DNA of 59,561 bases from an uncultured Pseudomonadales bacterium (GCA_964386355.1 CAYLQQ010000007.1:1-59561); one strand, 5' to 3'. Shown: positions 10,121 through 20,693, numbered from the stretch's first letter. The notes: generated by a model from the letters alone, not told the origin. Translations and numbers: made by a program.

Positions 10121-10645
10121 CTAATTATTTGGGAATATATTTTGTTGTTGATTGTCTAATTTCCAGCCTTCTGACTGTAAAGATTCCAGATCTTTCTCTT
10201 GAGCGATTAACCTAAACTGATGTGTAGTTTCGCAGATCTCACATGCCATGCAGACCATAATATCCCTGTTTATCTTCTCAATATTTTGAACGCCAATCCC
10301 TTTTTGGCCGTAATATGCAATGATTACCTCACTATCGGTCGGTGTTTTAATAAAACGTGTATTGGAACTTTCCAGCCACTCGGTCCAAGGGGTTTTGACA
10401 CATTGCATAGGCTGGTATATGAGGGTAACATTTTTTAAAGTTTGATCCTGAGTTTGTGCAGGAGGGGTTTCTAAACCCGCAATGTATAAGGGTTCCTGAG
10501 TAGGTGAGGCATTAGTAACTTGTTCATTGGATGGAGATTGAGGGTTTGTGCAGGCACCTAAAACCAGAGCAGTCAAAATTACAAATAGATATTTCATATA
10601 TTTGGCTAATTCATAACTAACATACTTTACGACACAATTTCCCAT
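10121..10645 (-). CDS. lipoprotein, unknown function
   Basis: Lipobox LTALVLGAC after an internal Met (MKYLFVIL...), so the likely true start is near 10597. Several Cys in the mature part. Confidence 0.5.
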   Translation of the reverse strand: MGNCVVKYVSYELAKYMKYLFVILTALVLGACTNPQSPSNEQVTNASPTQEPLYIAGLETPPAQTQDQTLKNVTLIYQPMQCVKTPWTEWLESSNTRFIKTPTDSEVIIAYYGQKGIGVQNIEKINRDIMVCMACEICETTHQFRLIAQEKDLESLQSEGWKLDNQQQNIFPNN

Positions 10646-10730
10646 ATTGTAAACTGCCAGAACAGAAATTGCTCCGTTTGATAACGTAAGAATATTTCAA
10701 TGCTTTAAAGAAGCTAAAAAGGTATAAACC

Positions 10731-11687
10731 CTAAAGTACAATTTTACCCGCCATATACGTTTTCCAGACTTGGTATAGTTTTGAAGTGCTTTCCACATCT
10801 CGTACAACATAATTGGCAATATCAGCAATCTTACCTTCAGTAAAAAGATGAGACACATGTAAGCCAGAAACGCCTTTTTCCTTTGGATTAGTGATCCCAA
10901 AAGCTCTACACAATGCTTCCAGACTAAATACATTGCTTGCCCTAAATTTATCCATTAGGTCAGTTTGTTGTTCTTGTTTTCGGGTAATTTCAAATGGAAC
11001 TTTTACTTGTTGGATGGCTGAACGTATCAGAAGATATGGCCAATCAAAGTTATTGCCATTAAAGCTAATAAAGTGCTCGTACTTAGATATTATCTTCCAA
11101 AAATGCTCAAGTAGGTTTTTTTCATCTTTACACGCTTGGCAAGTAAACTGAGAGTTATCAAGTTTTAAAAGTTCAGTGCCTTGAATAAGAACCTGACCCT
11201 TTCCCGAATTGGGATTCATCATGCCTATAGCAACAACTTGCCCATATAGCGGGTATAATGCTGTAGATTGTTTTGCCTTATCTTTATCTTGCTGTTGTGC
11301 TTGAAGTTTTTCGAGTAAATATTGCTGATTCCACTCATCTAAAGTCTCAAAGTCTTGTCCGGCAGTCTCAATATCAAAAACCACTGAATTCCTCGCCTTA
11401 ATATAGGTTTCTATTGATTCATCAGCAACTTCCCATGCGTTTGTAAGTACTAAACTAAGTGACCCACCGTAGGCGTCTACTTTTCCGGATACCCGATACA
11501 CTTTATTGTTTGAAAGCGGTACTGTAGTAAAATTATCCTCCCATACTTTACCTGCTATTTTTCCACTCGGGTGGGAGAGTTCGCAGCGCAAGTACTTTTT
11601 ACCGTTTCGGGCATCACAGCGTTCAATAGAGACAACCGCAAACTGCTCATCAACTATCATACCTGGAACAAGTGATTTTATATCCAT
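10731..11687 (-). CDS. OB-fold + DEDD-type 3'-5' exonuclease (PolB-exonuclease-like)
   Basis: N-terminal OB-like segment (RNGKKYLRCELSHPSGKIAGKVWEDN). Exo motifs VFDIETAG, FNGNNFDWPYL and NYVVRDVEST. Confidence 0.7.
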   Translation of the reverse strand: MDIKSLVPGMIVDEQFAVVSIERCDARNGKKYLRCELSHPSGKIAGKVWEDNFTTVPLSNNKVYRVSGKVDAYGGSLSLVLTNAWEVADESIETYIKARNSVVFDIETAGQDFETLDEWNQQYLLEKLQAQQQDKDKAKQSTALYPLYGQVVAIGMMNPNSGKGQVLIQGTELLKLDNSQFTCQACKDEKNLLEHFWKIISKYEHFISFNGNNFDWPYLLIRSAIQQVKVPFEITRKQEQQTDLMDKFRASNVFSLEALCRAFGITNPKEKGVSGLHVSHLFTEGKIADIANYVVRDVESTSKLYQVWKTYMAGKIVL

Positions 11688-11689
11688 AG

Positions 11690-12361
11690 TTATTTCATTT
11701 GTTCTTGATTTCTACGTAACCATCTTCGGTGTTCTCGATACAATGGATCATATTTTTCTACGAGCGACCAAAATTCTTGTGAGTGATCCATGTGACTGAT
11801 ATGTGCCAGCTCATGAATGATAACATATTCCAAAACACTTGTGGGCGCCTTGATCAATCGCCAGGAAAAATTTAAGTTGCCTTTTGTGGAACAACTCCCC
11901 CATCTGGTATCCTGGTCTTTTATTCTGATAGAGTTATATGAGGTATTCATTTTCTCTGCAATCAAAGGGACTGTTTTGCGTATAGTATATGTGCCTTCTT
12001 TTCTGAGATGGTCTTCGAGAGTATGCATTGCTAATTCCAGTGTGGGACCACTTAGCTGTGCATTATTTTTACCATATAGTACCTTGAATTTACCAATAGA
12101 ATAATCAATCGTATATACAACACCTTTGTATAATATTTTTGGAACATCAGATTTTATATTGACTTGCTTCAGTTTTTCCAACACCCATACCTCATGTTTT
12201 TTTAAAAACTGCTCAGCCACAATTTTTGGCACTAACCATGGCTTAGTTACAATGACATCGCCATTAGGTTTTATACTGATACGCAGATTGCGGGCTCTTC
12301 TGCTTGTTTTAATAGTATGGTGAAAGGTAAAATGTAACACAGACGAATAATAGCGTGACAA
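11690..12361 (-). CDS. YgjP-like metal-dependent hydrolase (DUF45 / M48-like)
   Basis: RWGSCS...NFSWRLI...YVIIHELAHISHMDHSQEFW (HExxH). TTG start in the ORF track. Confidence 0.75.
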   Translation of the reverse strand: MSRYYSSVLHFTFHHTIKTSRRARNLRISIKPNGDVIVTKPWLVPKIVAEQFLKKHEVWVLEKLKQVNIKSDVPKILYKGVVYTIDYSIGKFKVLYGKNNAQLSGPTLELAMHTLEDHLRKEGTYTIRKTVPLIAEKMNTSYNSIRIKDQDTRWGSCSTKGNLNFSWRLIKAPTSVLEYVIIHELAHISHMDHSQEFWSLVEKYDPLYREHRRWLRRNQEQMK

Positions 12362-12424
12362 ACTTCATGTGACAAGTGACGAGATATTACAGCTTTTGTT
12401 ATTTGTGATATGTAAGTATACATT

Positions 12425-12736
12425 TTGGAATACAAAGGCCTTATATTCACTAACCATATTCTGGAGAGAATGAATCAGAGAGGCATAGATTTTAAAGATG
12501 TCTATTGGGCTTGGGCTAGGCCTGATGAAACCTTCAAAGCTGAAACTCCTGGAGCATTTAAATACTATCGCACTAACGATAAAAAACTAATAGCTGTTGT
12601 AGCTAAAAAAAATGATCAGGGAAAATGGGTAGTCATGACTTGCTGGCAAAAAGAGGTGTTTGGACAGTCAAAGAAAAAGAAAACTTCAGGACGTAACTTC
12701 TGGCAAAATTTTTTACGTATAGTGTTGGGTAAATAA
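12425..12736 (+). CDS. DUF4258-like small protein
   Basis: 103 aa. IFTNHILERMNQRGIDFKDV resembles the DUF4258 N-terminus. TTG start. Confidence 0.5.
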   Translation: MEYKGLIFTNHILERMNQRGIDFKDVYWAWARPDETFKAETPGAFKYYRTNDKKLIAVVAKKNDQGKWVVMTCWQKEVFGQSKKKKTSGRNFWQNFLRIVLGK

Positions 12737-12737
12737 T

Positions 12738-13100
12738 TTATCTTCTAGGTACTAATTTTTGTCTTAAAATACTAGCTAACCCAATTGCAGGCATTCTAGA
12801 TACTTCTTGATCACCTGGATGTTGAACTAAAGCTTGGTTCCCATTTATACCAACAAACTCTATTACTCCAGTTCTAATTTTACCTCTCCGAACTGGATCC
12901 GGTGTCTGTGTAAGGTATTTTCCTGCTCCTTTTTCTTCAAGTATTATATGTAAATATTCTAGTGCAAGTTGTTCCCTTCTTAGTCTTTCCGCTACTTTTA
13001 TATCCGGATCAATTCCGTTAATAGTATCTCTTGCAGCATTTACTATGCTAAAACCAACTCCTTCTTGCCATTGACGTTCTAGACTTTTTCCTCTTGGCAT
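12738..13100 (-). CDS. hypothetical protein
   Basis: 120-aa ORF with no recognisable motif. Convergent with the DUF4258 gene. Confidence 0.4.
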   Translation of the reverse strand: MPRGKSLERQWQEGVGFSIVNAARDTINGIDPDIKVAERLRREQLALEYLHIILEEKGAGKYLTQTPDPVRRGKIRTGVIEFVGINGNQALVQHPGDQEVSRMPAIGLASILRQKLVPRR

Positions 13101-13156
13101 AATTTAAATTAATTTAATCATTAAAATCTTACGATATACTTTATAAAAAATATTTG

Positions 13157-13228
13157 TGGATTAGGAAAGACGTGTACCTCCGACCTCTCGAATGTAAATC
13201 GTGCGCTCTACCAACTGATACCACGCAT
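13157..13228 (-). pseudogene. degenerate tRNA-Val(TAC)-like sequence
   Basis: The minus strand reads ...GGTATCAGTTGGTAGAGCGCACGATTTACATTCGAGAGGTCGGAGGTACACGTCTTTCCTAATCCA. It shares CGATT.ACATTCGAGAGGTCGGAGGT with the intact tRNA-Val 200 nt away. The D-stem, T-arm and acceptor do not pair. Confidence 0.35.
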
Positions 13229-13392
13229 CATCGCTTTGGGCGCTACGCTTGTGATTGGCTACTAGTGCATTACATATGGTCGCTAAAGAACTCGCAAATG
13301 AAATGCGTCCAGCGTTGCTGGAAATCTTTGACTTCACACATCCTAAGGTATATTACGCATTAGGACGTATATGAATCGTTTCCTCATTTTTG

Positions 13393-13466
13393 TGGACTCG
13401 GGAGGATTCGAACCTCCGACCTCTCGAATGTGAATCGAACGCTCTAACCAACTGAGCTACGAGTCC
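13393..13466 (-). tRNA. tRNA-Val (anticodon CAC)
   Basis: The reverse complement GGACTCGTAGCTCAGTTGGTTAGAGCGTTCGATTCACATTCGAGAGGTCGGAGGTTCGAATCCTCCCGAGTCCA folds as a canonical cloverleaf. Confidence 0.85.
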
Positions 13467-13847
13467 AAGAGAGTCCAAAAAATGAGCTTGTCTACCAACT
13501 GAGCCAAGCGACCATTGTTTGTGAAATTTCAATCCCTGCATTTTATCATTATTTACATGCTGAGTCATTTTCCCTTTTTCAAATGTCCAAGTCACCAGTC
13601 ACTTAATGACTATCAATTATATGTAATTTCTTTTTGAGTTTTTTTTATACAACTTTTGATAATTTATATATAAATTTTAAATAAGTTTATCGTGGTGTCC
13701 GATAAGAATTTAGTGGTGACAAATACTTGCAATAGTGGTGACAGCTGAGTATAGTTTAAATGAAGATCAATATTACGTAAGAAAACTGTAATTTGATCTT
13801 AGTTTGGGGTTAATAAAAGTATATGTTCGTTTAAGGAAAAAATCAAT

Positions 13848-15059
13848 ATGAGCCTGCCACAGGTATTCATGATCGGTTGGGAGTTCCCTCCGCACAACAG
13901 CGGTGGTTTAGGTACTGCATGTGAAGGCCTAACTAGGTCGCTCTCGATGCTGAACATTCAGCAAACATTTGTGCTACCAAAGCAACTCCCTTTTGATACT
14001 GCGTTTGCTCAAGTATTTAACCCCATCTATCCCAGAACTAACTTCGTTCATATCAATATGCCTCTATATCCGTATGGTCCATTGAGCCACGAAGAATATC
14101 TTTATCTTAAAACAAAACATAGTAAAGACCCAAAAGACATGGTGGACCAAGCATTTGATTATGCTGAAACGGTCGGTTATTTAGCAAATCTCTATCCTCA
14201 CCATATCATTCATGGACACGACTGGATGACATATCCGGCTGCATTTGCTGCTAAAAAACATACACACAAGCCAGTAATTCTTCATGTTCACTCTACAGAA
14301 TTTGATCGCACCTTAAATGGCAATACAAATGCACGGATCTCTCAAATCGAATATGATCATCTTAGCAAGGCAGACCGAATCATAACTGTCAGCAACTATA
14401 CAAAGGGTATTGTCTGTGATAAGTATGCAATTGATCCTAAAAAAGTATCTGTGGTTCATAACGGAGTAGACCTTCATGCACAGAGGTCAATAAATCTAAG
14501 CCAAAAGCATATTGATAGTTACTTACAGGGAAAAAAGGTTGTTATATTCATGGGCAGGTTTACAAGCCAAAAAGGACCGGATTATTTTGTAAAGATCGCT
14601 AGTCAAATTGCCTCATCAGTACCGGATGCGATATTTGTAATGGCAGGTATGGGAGATATGTACCAACAAGTGCTTGTACAGGCAGCACAATCCAGATTGA
14701 CTGGAAAACTGATCTATCCCGGCTTTTTACGTGACAAGGATAGAGAATTTCTATATAGAAGAGCAGATCTGTTTATTATGCCTTCTGTATCAGAACCTTT
14801 TGGGATCGTTGCATTGGAGGCTGCTGGGGCCTATACACCCGTTATTATTTCTAACCAATCTGGAGTTAGCGAAGTTCTTCACAGTGCATATCGTGCAAAT
14901 TTTTGGGATACTGATGAAATCGCCAAACAGGCAGTTCATATTCTCAACAATGATGATATCCGCTTACACTTAAGCCAAAAGCTAGCTAAAGAGGCTGAAG
15001 ATATCACTTGGCACCGATCGGCACAAAAATGCTTTGGAATTTATAAGGAGATGATGTAA
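13848..15059 (+). CDS. glycogen/starch synthase-like glycosyltransferase (GT-B)
   Basis: GWEFPPHNSGGLGTACEGL, HGHDW and MPSVSEPFGIVALEAAGAYTPVI motifs. Confidence 0.8.
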   Translation: MSLPQVFMIGWEFPPHNSGGLGTACEGLTRSLSMLNIQQTFVLPKQLPFDTAFAQVFNPIYPRTNFVHINMPLYPYGPLSHEEYLYLKTKHSKDPKDMVDQAFDYAETVGYLANLYPHHIIHGHDWMTYPAAFAAKKHTHKPVILHVHSTEFDRTLNGNTNARISQIEYDHLSKADRIITVSNYTKGIVCDKYAIDPKKVSVVHNGVDLHAQRSINLSQKHIDSYLQGKKVVIFMGRFTSQKGPDYFVKIASQIASSVPDAIFVMAGMGDMYQQVLVQAAQSRLTGKLIYPGFLRDKDREFLYRRADLFIMPSVSEPFGIVALEAAGAYTPVIISNQSGVSEVLHSAYRANFWDTDEIAKQAVHILNNDDIRLHLSQKLAKEAEDITWHRSAQKCFGIYKEMM

Positions 15060-15061
15060 CT

Positions 15062-16249
15062 ATGTCTGCAATACAATTTTATTTCCACGCACATCAGCCG
15101 TTTCGCCTAAAACGTTATAATGCGCTGGATGTAAGCCAGGACCATAACTATTTTCACGAATCATATAACGATCTAAATAAAGAAGTTATCCATAAAATAT
15201 CAAATAAATGTTATGTGCCGATGAACCGGTTACTACTAGATCTATTAAAAAATCATCCCAACTTTGCATTTAGTTTTTCTATCACAGGCACGATCATTGA
15301 ACAATTAGAATGGTACGCACCCGATGTTTTACAAACATTTGTTGACCTGGCAAAAACTGGTAGAGTTGAATTTATAAGCGAGACCTTTTACCACTCTCTC
15401 GCAAGTATTTATTCAAAAGATGAGTTTAGGGAACAGGTAGAAGCCCAGAACAACAAACTGTTTAAGGTGTTCGGTGTCAAACCACAAATTTTTCGTAATA
15501 CTGAGCTGATATATGCTAACCAGGTGGCAAAACTTGTATCCGAACTTGGATTTAAAGCAATGCTTGCAGAGGGCGTTGATCGGTATTTGGATTGGAGGTC
15601 GCCAAACTATGTATATCATGCAAAAGATCTTCCTCATCTTAAATTGTTCTTAAAAAACTACAAACTGTCTGATGATATTGCGTTTAGGTTTAGCCAACGA
15701 TCATGGAGTGAGTGGCCTTTAACAGCTGAAAAGTATCAAAATTGGTTAAATGACGCTGGTGTCAATGGTGATGTGATTAATTTGTTCATGGATTATGAAA
15801 CGTTTGGTGAGCATCAGTGGGAAGATACGGGCATATTTGATTTCTTTAGAAAACTGGTAGAATATGTCACCAGTGAAGATAAACATTTCTTCACAACACC
15901 ATCAAAATCACTTGATCTATTTGACAGTAAAGATACATACGACGTACCTGAGCTTACATCATGGGCTGATACAGAGCGTGACCTGACAGCCTGGAGAGGA
16001 AATGCAATCCAATGGAGCAGTTTGGAGAATTTGTACCAAATTGAGAGTAAAGTAAAAGCTAAGCATGACCCGCAACTATTACATGATTGGAGACTACTCC
16101 AAACTAGCGACCACTTTTACTATATGTGTACCAAATGGTGGAATGATGGGGACGTTCACGCGTATTTTAGTCCGATGGATACACCTTATGATGGGTACAA
16201 CAGGTTTAATAACGCCTTAGCTGATCTTATGTGGAGATTAGATAATTAA
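15062..16249 (+). CDS. glycoside hydrolase family 57 (alpha-amylase / branching-type)
   Basis: FYFHAHQPFRL at the N-terminus and MDYETFGEH catalytic-region motifs. 2-nt gap after the synthase gene. Confidence 0.85.
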   Translation: MSAIQFYFHAHQPFRLKRYNALDVSQDHNYFHESYNDLNKEVIHKISNKCYVPMNRLLLDLLKNHPNFAFSFSITGTIIEQLEWYAPDVLQTFVDLAKTGRVEFISETFYHSLASIYSKDEFREQVEAQNNKLFKVFGVKPQIFRNTELIYANQVAKLVSELGFKAMLAEGVDRYLDWRSPNYVYHAKDLPHLKLFLKNYKLSDDIAFRFSQRSWSEWPLTAEKYQNWLNDAGVNGDVINLFMDYETFGEHQWEDTGIFDFFRKLVEYVTSEDKHFFTTPSKSLDLFDSKDTYDVPELTSWADTERDLTAWRGNAIQWSSLENLYQIESKVKAKHDPQLLHDWRLLQTSDHFYYMCTKWWNDGDVHAYFSPMDTPYDGYNRFNNALADLMWRLDN

Positions 16250-16357
16250 GTTGTGATAAATATTATTTGTAAAAATTCGAAACACGAAATCGGTAATTTG
16301 AAATAATAAATCAATTGTTTCGAAACACGATTTACAAATTCGAATTTTTTAATACCT

Positions 16358-16720
16358 ATGCCCATTCGTATACCAATTGAATCCGTCCAAAGCTGGTTAG
16401 TGGATTGTGCACCTGAACAGGTTTTTGTCTGCATAGACGGCCAACGCGCACAGAATCTTAAAGAACTGGTCAAAATGCTTGAACGCATTGATCAACAGCA
16501 CTATGAGTACCATGTAAATAAAGAGAAAAATGATTTTGCTAATTGGGTACAGGGAGTTTTTAAAGATGGACATTTAGCAGCAAACTTCCGTTCAGCCCGA
16601 TCAAAAAAAGAAGCCTTTCAGTATGCTAAGCGCCACTATCTTATGTTGGAAAGAAACCTGCGTGACTGGAGAATAAAAGAAGATAGGAAAAAGGATAGAA
16701 TGGCTAGGAGAGGTAGATAA
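16358..16720 (+). CDS. small conserved-looking protein of glycogen cluster (function unknown)
   Basis: 120-aa ORF lying between the GH57 and GH13 genes. I cannot assign a family from sequence alone. Confidence 0.4.
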   Translation: MPIRIPIESVQSWLVDCAPEQVFVCIDGQRAQNLKELVKMLERIDQQHYEYHVNKEKNDFANWVQGVFKDGHLAANFRSARSKKEAFQYAKRHYLMLERNLRDWRIKEDRKKDRMARRGR

Positions 16721-16762
16721 TGAAGTTCACAAAAGCCCCCGCTAGCCACTCATATCATAGGT

Positions 16763-18691
16763 GTGTGTAGAGGGGGTAATTTTATGCCTAATACCTGCCC
16801 CACTATTACACTTCTTACGGGTCCTCATCATGTTCATAAACTCATTATTGGGCATAGTTTCCTGCTCAAGTTTCAGGCTGATCCTATCTACGAGTATGAT
16901 GTTTGGACCAACTGGAACAACACTGAGTTTCACAGACGTCCTGTTTTGAAAAAAGATGGGGGTATGTATTCACTGCGGCTACTGGCAGAATGTACGGGAT
17001 TCTATAAAATACATATTCGGTATCATCATAAAGACTCCAAGAAATTTTTTGAATCTAAAACCAGCCTGGAGATACATGTTGACCCTGCGTGGATAGAACG
17101 TGCAATTGTGTATAATGTTTTCATACGGGCATACGGAGCTAAAGCTAAAGATAATATCACCCCTTCAGAAGGGGGCACATTTGAAGAAGTTATCAAACAC
17201 ATGGATGATCTTGTAAAGTTGGGTATAGATGTAATTTATCTTAATCCCTTTCACCAGATAGGAGAACTCTACCGTAAATTCAACCCTCATAACCACCTAC
17301 CCTATTATTTGCAACCCGGCAGCCCTTACTCGATTAAAGACCCTAAATCTATAGATAGTGATATTGCATTTCATCAGCAAAATCCCGACAAGTTTCTAAC
17401 GGATCCACGAAATCAGTTTAAAAAACTGGTTGATGCAGCACATAAACGGGGTTTGCGAGTTATTATGGATCTAGTTTTTAACCATACTGCTCATGATTTT
17501 GTATTACAGAAATACTACCCTGAATGGTTTTTATATAAAGAACATATTGATAGTGCTGAAGATCCATATATCTACCCCGAAGAGGTAAAAGAGGGAAAAC
17601 CTTGGGGAGATCCCAAGCATACAGTTTCTCCATATAATTACGGCCAATTTTCATGGACTGATACCGCACAGTTGCATTGGGAATTCAATTCTCCTCCTGC
17701 TCCCAATGACCCGCCACCCAATACCAAAAAGAAGGAAATGTATGAATACTTCAAATCTGTTCCCAAATATTGGATACAGGAATTTGGCATTGATGGTTTC
17801 AGGTGCGATATTGCATACAATATTCCTTCTGATTTCTGGCATGCATGCATACAAGAAACTAGACAGGTAGCAAAAATTGCATTTCCTGAAAATGGCTCAA
17901 TAGATGGAGAGGTCGTTTTTATTGCTGAAAGCCATCAAGATAAACTAAAGGAGTTATTTGAAGCTGGCTTCAGTTTTGTATACGGTAACTACTCAAACAA
18001 ACTATTTAAACCACTGCATCTCAAGGGATATCTTGATTATATGTACAATATTGGGAGTGAAGAATTTCCCCCCTACTCAAAATGGTTTATTTTTCCTGAA
18101 TGTCATGATTTTGACCGTATTACAAGCAAACTTGTCCCCGGTCACTTGGCTGACGAAATTGATACAGAGTATTCAGAAAAAGTTGAAGCTTCTATACGGT
18201 CGAATGCTTCAAGATGGGTACTTACCGCTACTCTTCCAGGCATGCCAATGGTATTTACCGGTTTTGAAAAAGTAGAATGGAAACAGGTTGACCATATATC
18301 GTATAGCAGCATCAATTGGAGCAGTAGTAAAGATATTATTGAAGTAATTAGCAGAGTTAATAGAATTAGACATGAACATAAAGCATTACAAACAGGTACA
18401 TATACGTTTGTTGAAACGTCTCAAGGATTGGATGAACATACAAATCTGTATTCATTTACCAGACATACTGAATCTGAGGTTGTTTTGGTTATTGTTAATA
18501 TGGATATTACACATACAACATCGGCTGTTATGTACCTACCAAAAGTTGGTAATTTTGATCCGGACAAACAGTATGTCCTCAAAGACATGCTGGACAACAA
18601 AATATATTTTCGTAACGGATTCCATTTATATGTGGAATTAAAACCGGGTCAAAGCCACATATTCCTAATTGAGCAAAGCTGGGGCGACTAG
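16763..18691 (+). CDS. GH13 alpha-amylase-family enzyme (possibly GlgE/maltosyltransferase-like)
   Basis: GH13 regions VIMDLVFNHTAHD, GFRCDIAYNIP, FIAESH and FPECHDFDR. An extra N-terminal beta-rich domain. The likely true start is the internal Met at 16784. Confidence 0.85.
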   Translation: MCRGGNFMPNTCPTITLLTGPHHVHKLIIGHSFLLKFQADPIYEYDVWTNWNNTEFHRRPVLKKDGGMYSLRLLAECTGFYKIHIRYHHKDSKKFFESKTSLEIHVDPAWIERAIVYNVFIRAYGAKAKDNITPSEGGTFEEVIKHMDDLVKLGIDVIYLNPFHQIGELYRKFNPHNHLPYYLQPGSPYSIKDPKSIDSDIAFHQQNPDKFLTDPRNQFKKLVDAAHKRGLRVIMDLVFNHTAHDFVLQKYYPEWFLYKEHIDSAEDPYIYPEEVKEGKPWGDPKHTVSPYNYGQFSWTDTAQLHWEFNSPPAPNDPPPNTKKKEMYEYFKSVPKYWIQEFGIDGFRCDIAYNIPSDFWHACIQETRQVAKIAFPENGSIDGEVVFIAESHQDKLKELFEAGFSFVYGNYSNKLFKPLHLKGYLDYMYNIGSEEFPPYSKWFIFPECHDFDRITSKLVPGHLADEIDTEYSEKVEASIRSNASRWVLTATLPGMPMVFTGFEKVEWKQVDHISYSSINWSSSKDIIEVISRVNRIRHEHKALQTGTYTFVETSQGLDEHTNLYSFTRHTESEVVLVIVNMDITHTTSAVMYLPKVGNFDPDKQYVLKDMLDNKIYFRNGFHLYVELKPGQSHIFLIEQSWGD

Positions 18692-18746
18692 AACGTTCGC
18701 ATAATCTTTAATTCTTGCAAAAAGCTTTCTCTGATATACTTGCATC

Positions 18747-20636
18747 ATGAACCGATTATTAACTTGTATACTTTCAATATCGTTTTACGCGTATTGTATA
18801 TTACTTACTATTAGACAGGTGCATGCTGCTGCTGAATTTTCTACCTCATACAATATCAATTACGTTGTAAATGAAAAAGGGTTAACTACTACAAAACAGG
18901 AGATAACCTTGAAAAATTTGTTTGAGAATGTATATGCTACAGAGTATTCAATTATTATTGGATCAACCTCCATATCAGACATTAGAGCTTCAGACAACTT
19001 TGGCGTGATTGAACCAGGTATTAAAAAAGATACAAACTCCACTACTATAAATCTAGTATTTGATAAGCACATTATTGGTAAAGAAAAAACACGGGTAGTT
19101 ACTGTAACCTATACATCTCCAGACTTTGCCACAGTTAAAGGTCAGGTGTTAGAAGTTGGATTTCCGCTTTTGGCTAACAATGGAGATATGGCTGATTATA
19201 ATGTAAATGTTCAGATTCCAAATTATTTTGGTAAGGCTACTCAAATCATACCAAATCCAAACGACAGCAATACGTACGAAACATACACTAATTATCTATT
19301 TGATAAAGATACTTTAGATAATGAGGATAGTATCTCTGCAACTTTTGGGACATCACAAATATATGATTTTACACTTAGATATAATCTTGATAACCCAAAT
19401 CAGGTCCGTGGAAGGACCGAGATTGCGCTGCCATCAGATACCAACTACCAACAAGTCTTGTATGATTCGATCAACCCGAAACCTGAGCAAGTAAATACTG
19501 ATCAGGACGGGAATTGGTTGGCTCAATACCTGATTGATCCAGGTGAAAAAATTACTGTTGAGGCAAAAGGTACTATAAAACTGTCTTATTTCCCTAAAAA
19601 AGAATTTTCAAAACCGCTAACTGAGCCTGAAATTCAAACATATACCAGCTCAGATGATTACTGGGACGTCGATGATCCACAAATTGTTACATTGGCAAAA
19701 ACACATACTACTCCCAGGCAAATATATGATTATCTGGTTTCCGAACTGCTATATGATTATGAACGGTTAAATAACAATACTAGTCGTATGGGAGCTCTAA
19801 AAGCTTTGGCTAATCCTGAAAATGCAATTTGCATGGAGTTTACCGACGCTTTTATTGCAATAGCTCGAGCTGCAGATATACCCGCACGCGAACATAATGG
19901 ATACGCATATACGGAGAACGATAAGCTACGCCCCCTATCAATAAACCAAGACGTGCTTCATGCATGGCCGGAGTATTTTGATTTAAAAACTAACCAGTGG
20001 ATTCAAATTGATCCTACATGGGGCAAAACAACTGGAGGTCTAAATTTTTTTGATAAATTTGACCTTGATCACATATCCTTCGTACGTCACGGGGTAGATA
20101 GTACCTACCCAGTCACTGCCGGATCATACAAATTTGAAGATCAGAAATCAAAGGATGTTGAGATATCATTTGGGGCACAATTTGATATTAACCAGGACTA
20201 TTCAATGCAACTACTTACTCCGCAAACAGGACTATCGGGTTTTCCAATTTCTGGTTCAGCAGTAATATCTAACACAGGTAATTCAGCTATGTATCAGATC
20301 CCCTATGAAGTTAAACTGATACACAGCGGTATTGATATACAAAACATGATAGAGAATATTCCTGTCCTACCGCCGTACGGCACATTTACAAAGCCAATAT
20401 CATATAGTAGTGATTGGAAATCTAGGGGAGGTACATATACATATAAAATTGTAAGTAACTCTAAGGAAGAAAGTACAAGTTTCACTATCAAGCCACTGAT
20501 TGACATTCGCCTGATAATTCCACTTATTGCATTGCCTACTGGACTCACAATCGTACTTGTGTATATTCACAACAGAAGAAAATCGCAGAAATTAAGAACC
20601 TTTCAATATCTTCAGGGTGCTAGAAGTAAGTGGTAA
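18747..20636 (+). CDS. transglutaminase-like cysteine protease-fold protein, secreted/membrane-anchored
   Basis: Signal peptide ending VHAAAE. Core ICMEFTDAFIAIARAADIPAR...HAWPEYF...IDPTWG (Cys-His-Asp). C-terminal TM segment plus a basic tail. Confidence 0.8.
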   Translation: MNRLLTCILSISFYAYCILLTIRQVHAAAEFSTSYNINYVVNEKGLTTTKQEITLKNLFENVYATEYSIIIGSTSISDIRASDNFGVIEPGIKKDTNSTTINLVFDKHIIGKEKTRVVTVTYTSPDFATVKGQVLEVGFPLLANNGDMADYNVNVQIPNYFGKATQIIPNPNDSNTYETYTNYLFDKDTLDNEDSISATFGTSQIYDFTLRYNLDNPNQVRGRTEIALPSDTNYQQVLYDSINPKPEQVNTDQDGNWLAQYLIDPGEKITVEAKGTIKLSYFPKKEFSKPLTEPEIQTYTSSDDYWDVDDPQIVTLAKTHTTPRQIYDYLVSELLYDYERLNNNTSRMGALKALANPENAICMEFTDAFIAIARAADIPAREHNGYAYTENDKLRPLSINQDVLHAWPEYFDLKTNQWIQIDPTWGKTTGGLNFFDKFDLDHISFVRHGVDSTYPVTAGSYKFEDQKSKDVEISFGAQFDINQDYSMQLLTPQTGLSGFPISGSAVISNTGNSAMYQIPYEVKLIHSGIDIQNMIENIPVLPPYGTFTKPISYSSDWKSRGGTYTYKIVSNSKEESTSFTIKPLIDIRLIIPLIALPTGLTIVLVYIHNRRKSQKLRTFQYLQGARSKW

Positions 20637-20693
20637 GGTATAATTGCAATAAATTCAAATCGTATATTATTTACTCTACTTTGGAGATTCGTC

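Noticed and set aside
13154-13595. ORFs 13154-13363 (+) and 13353-13595 (-) called in the tRNA region.
   Set aside because: They are built from tRNA-Val, its degenerate copy and a tRNA-half-like fragment. For example, the translated GRRFESSRVH is just the T-arm read as protein.
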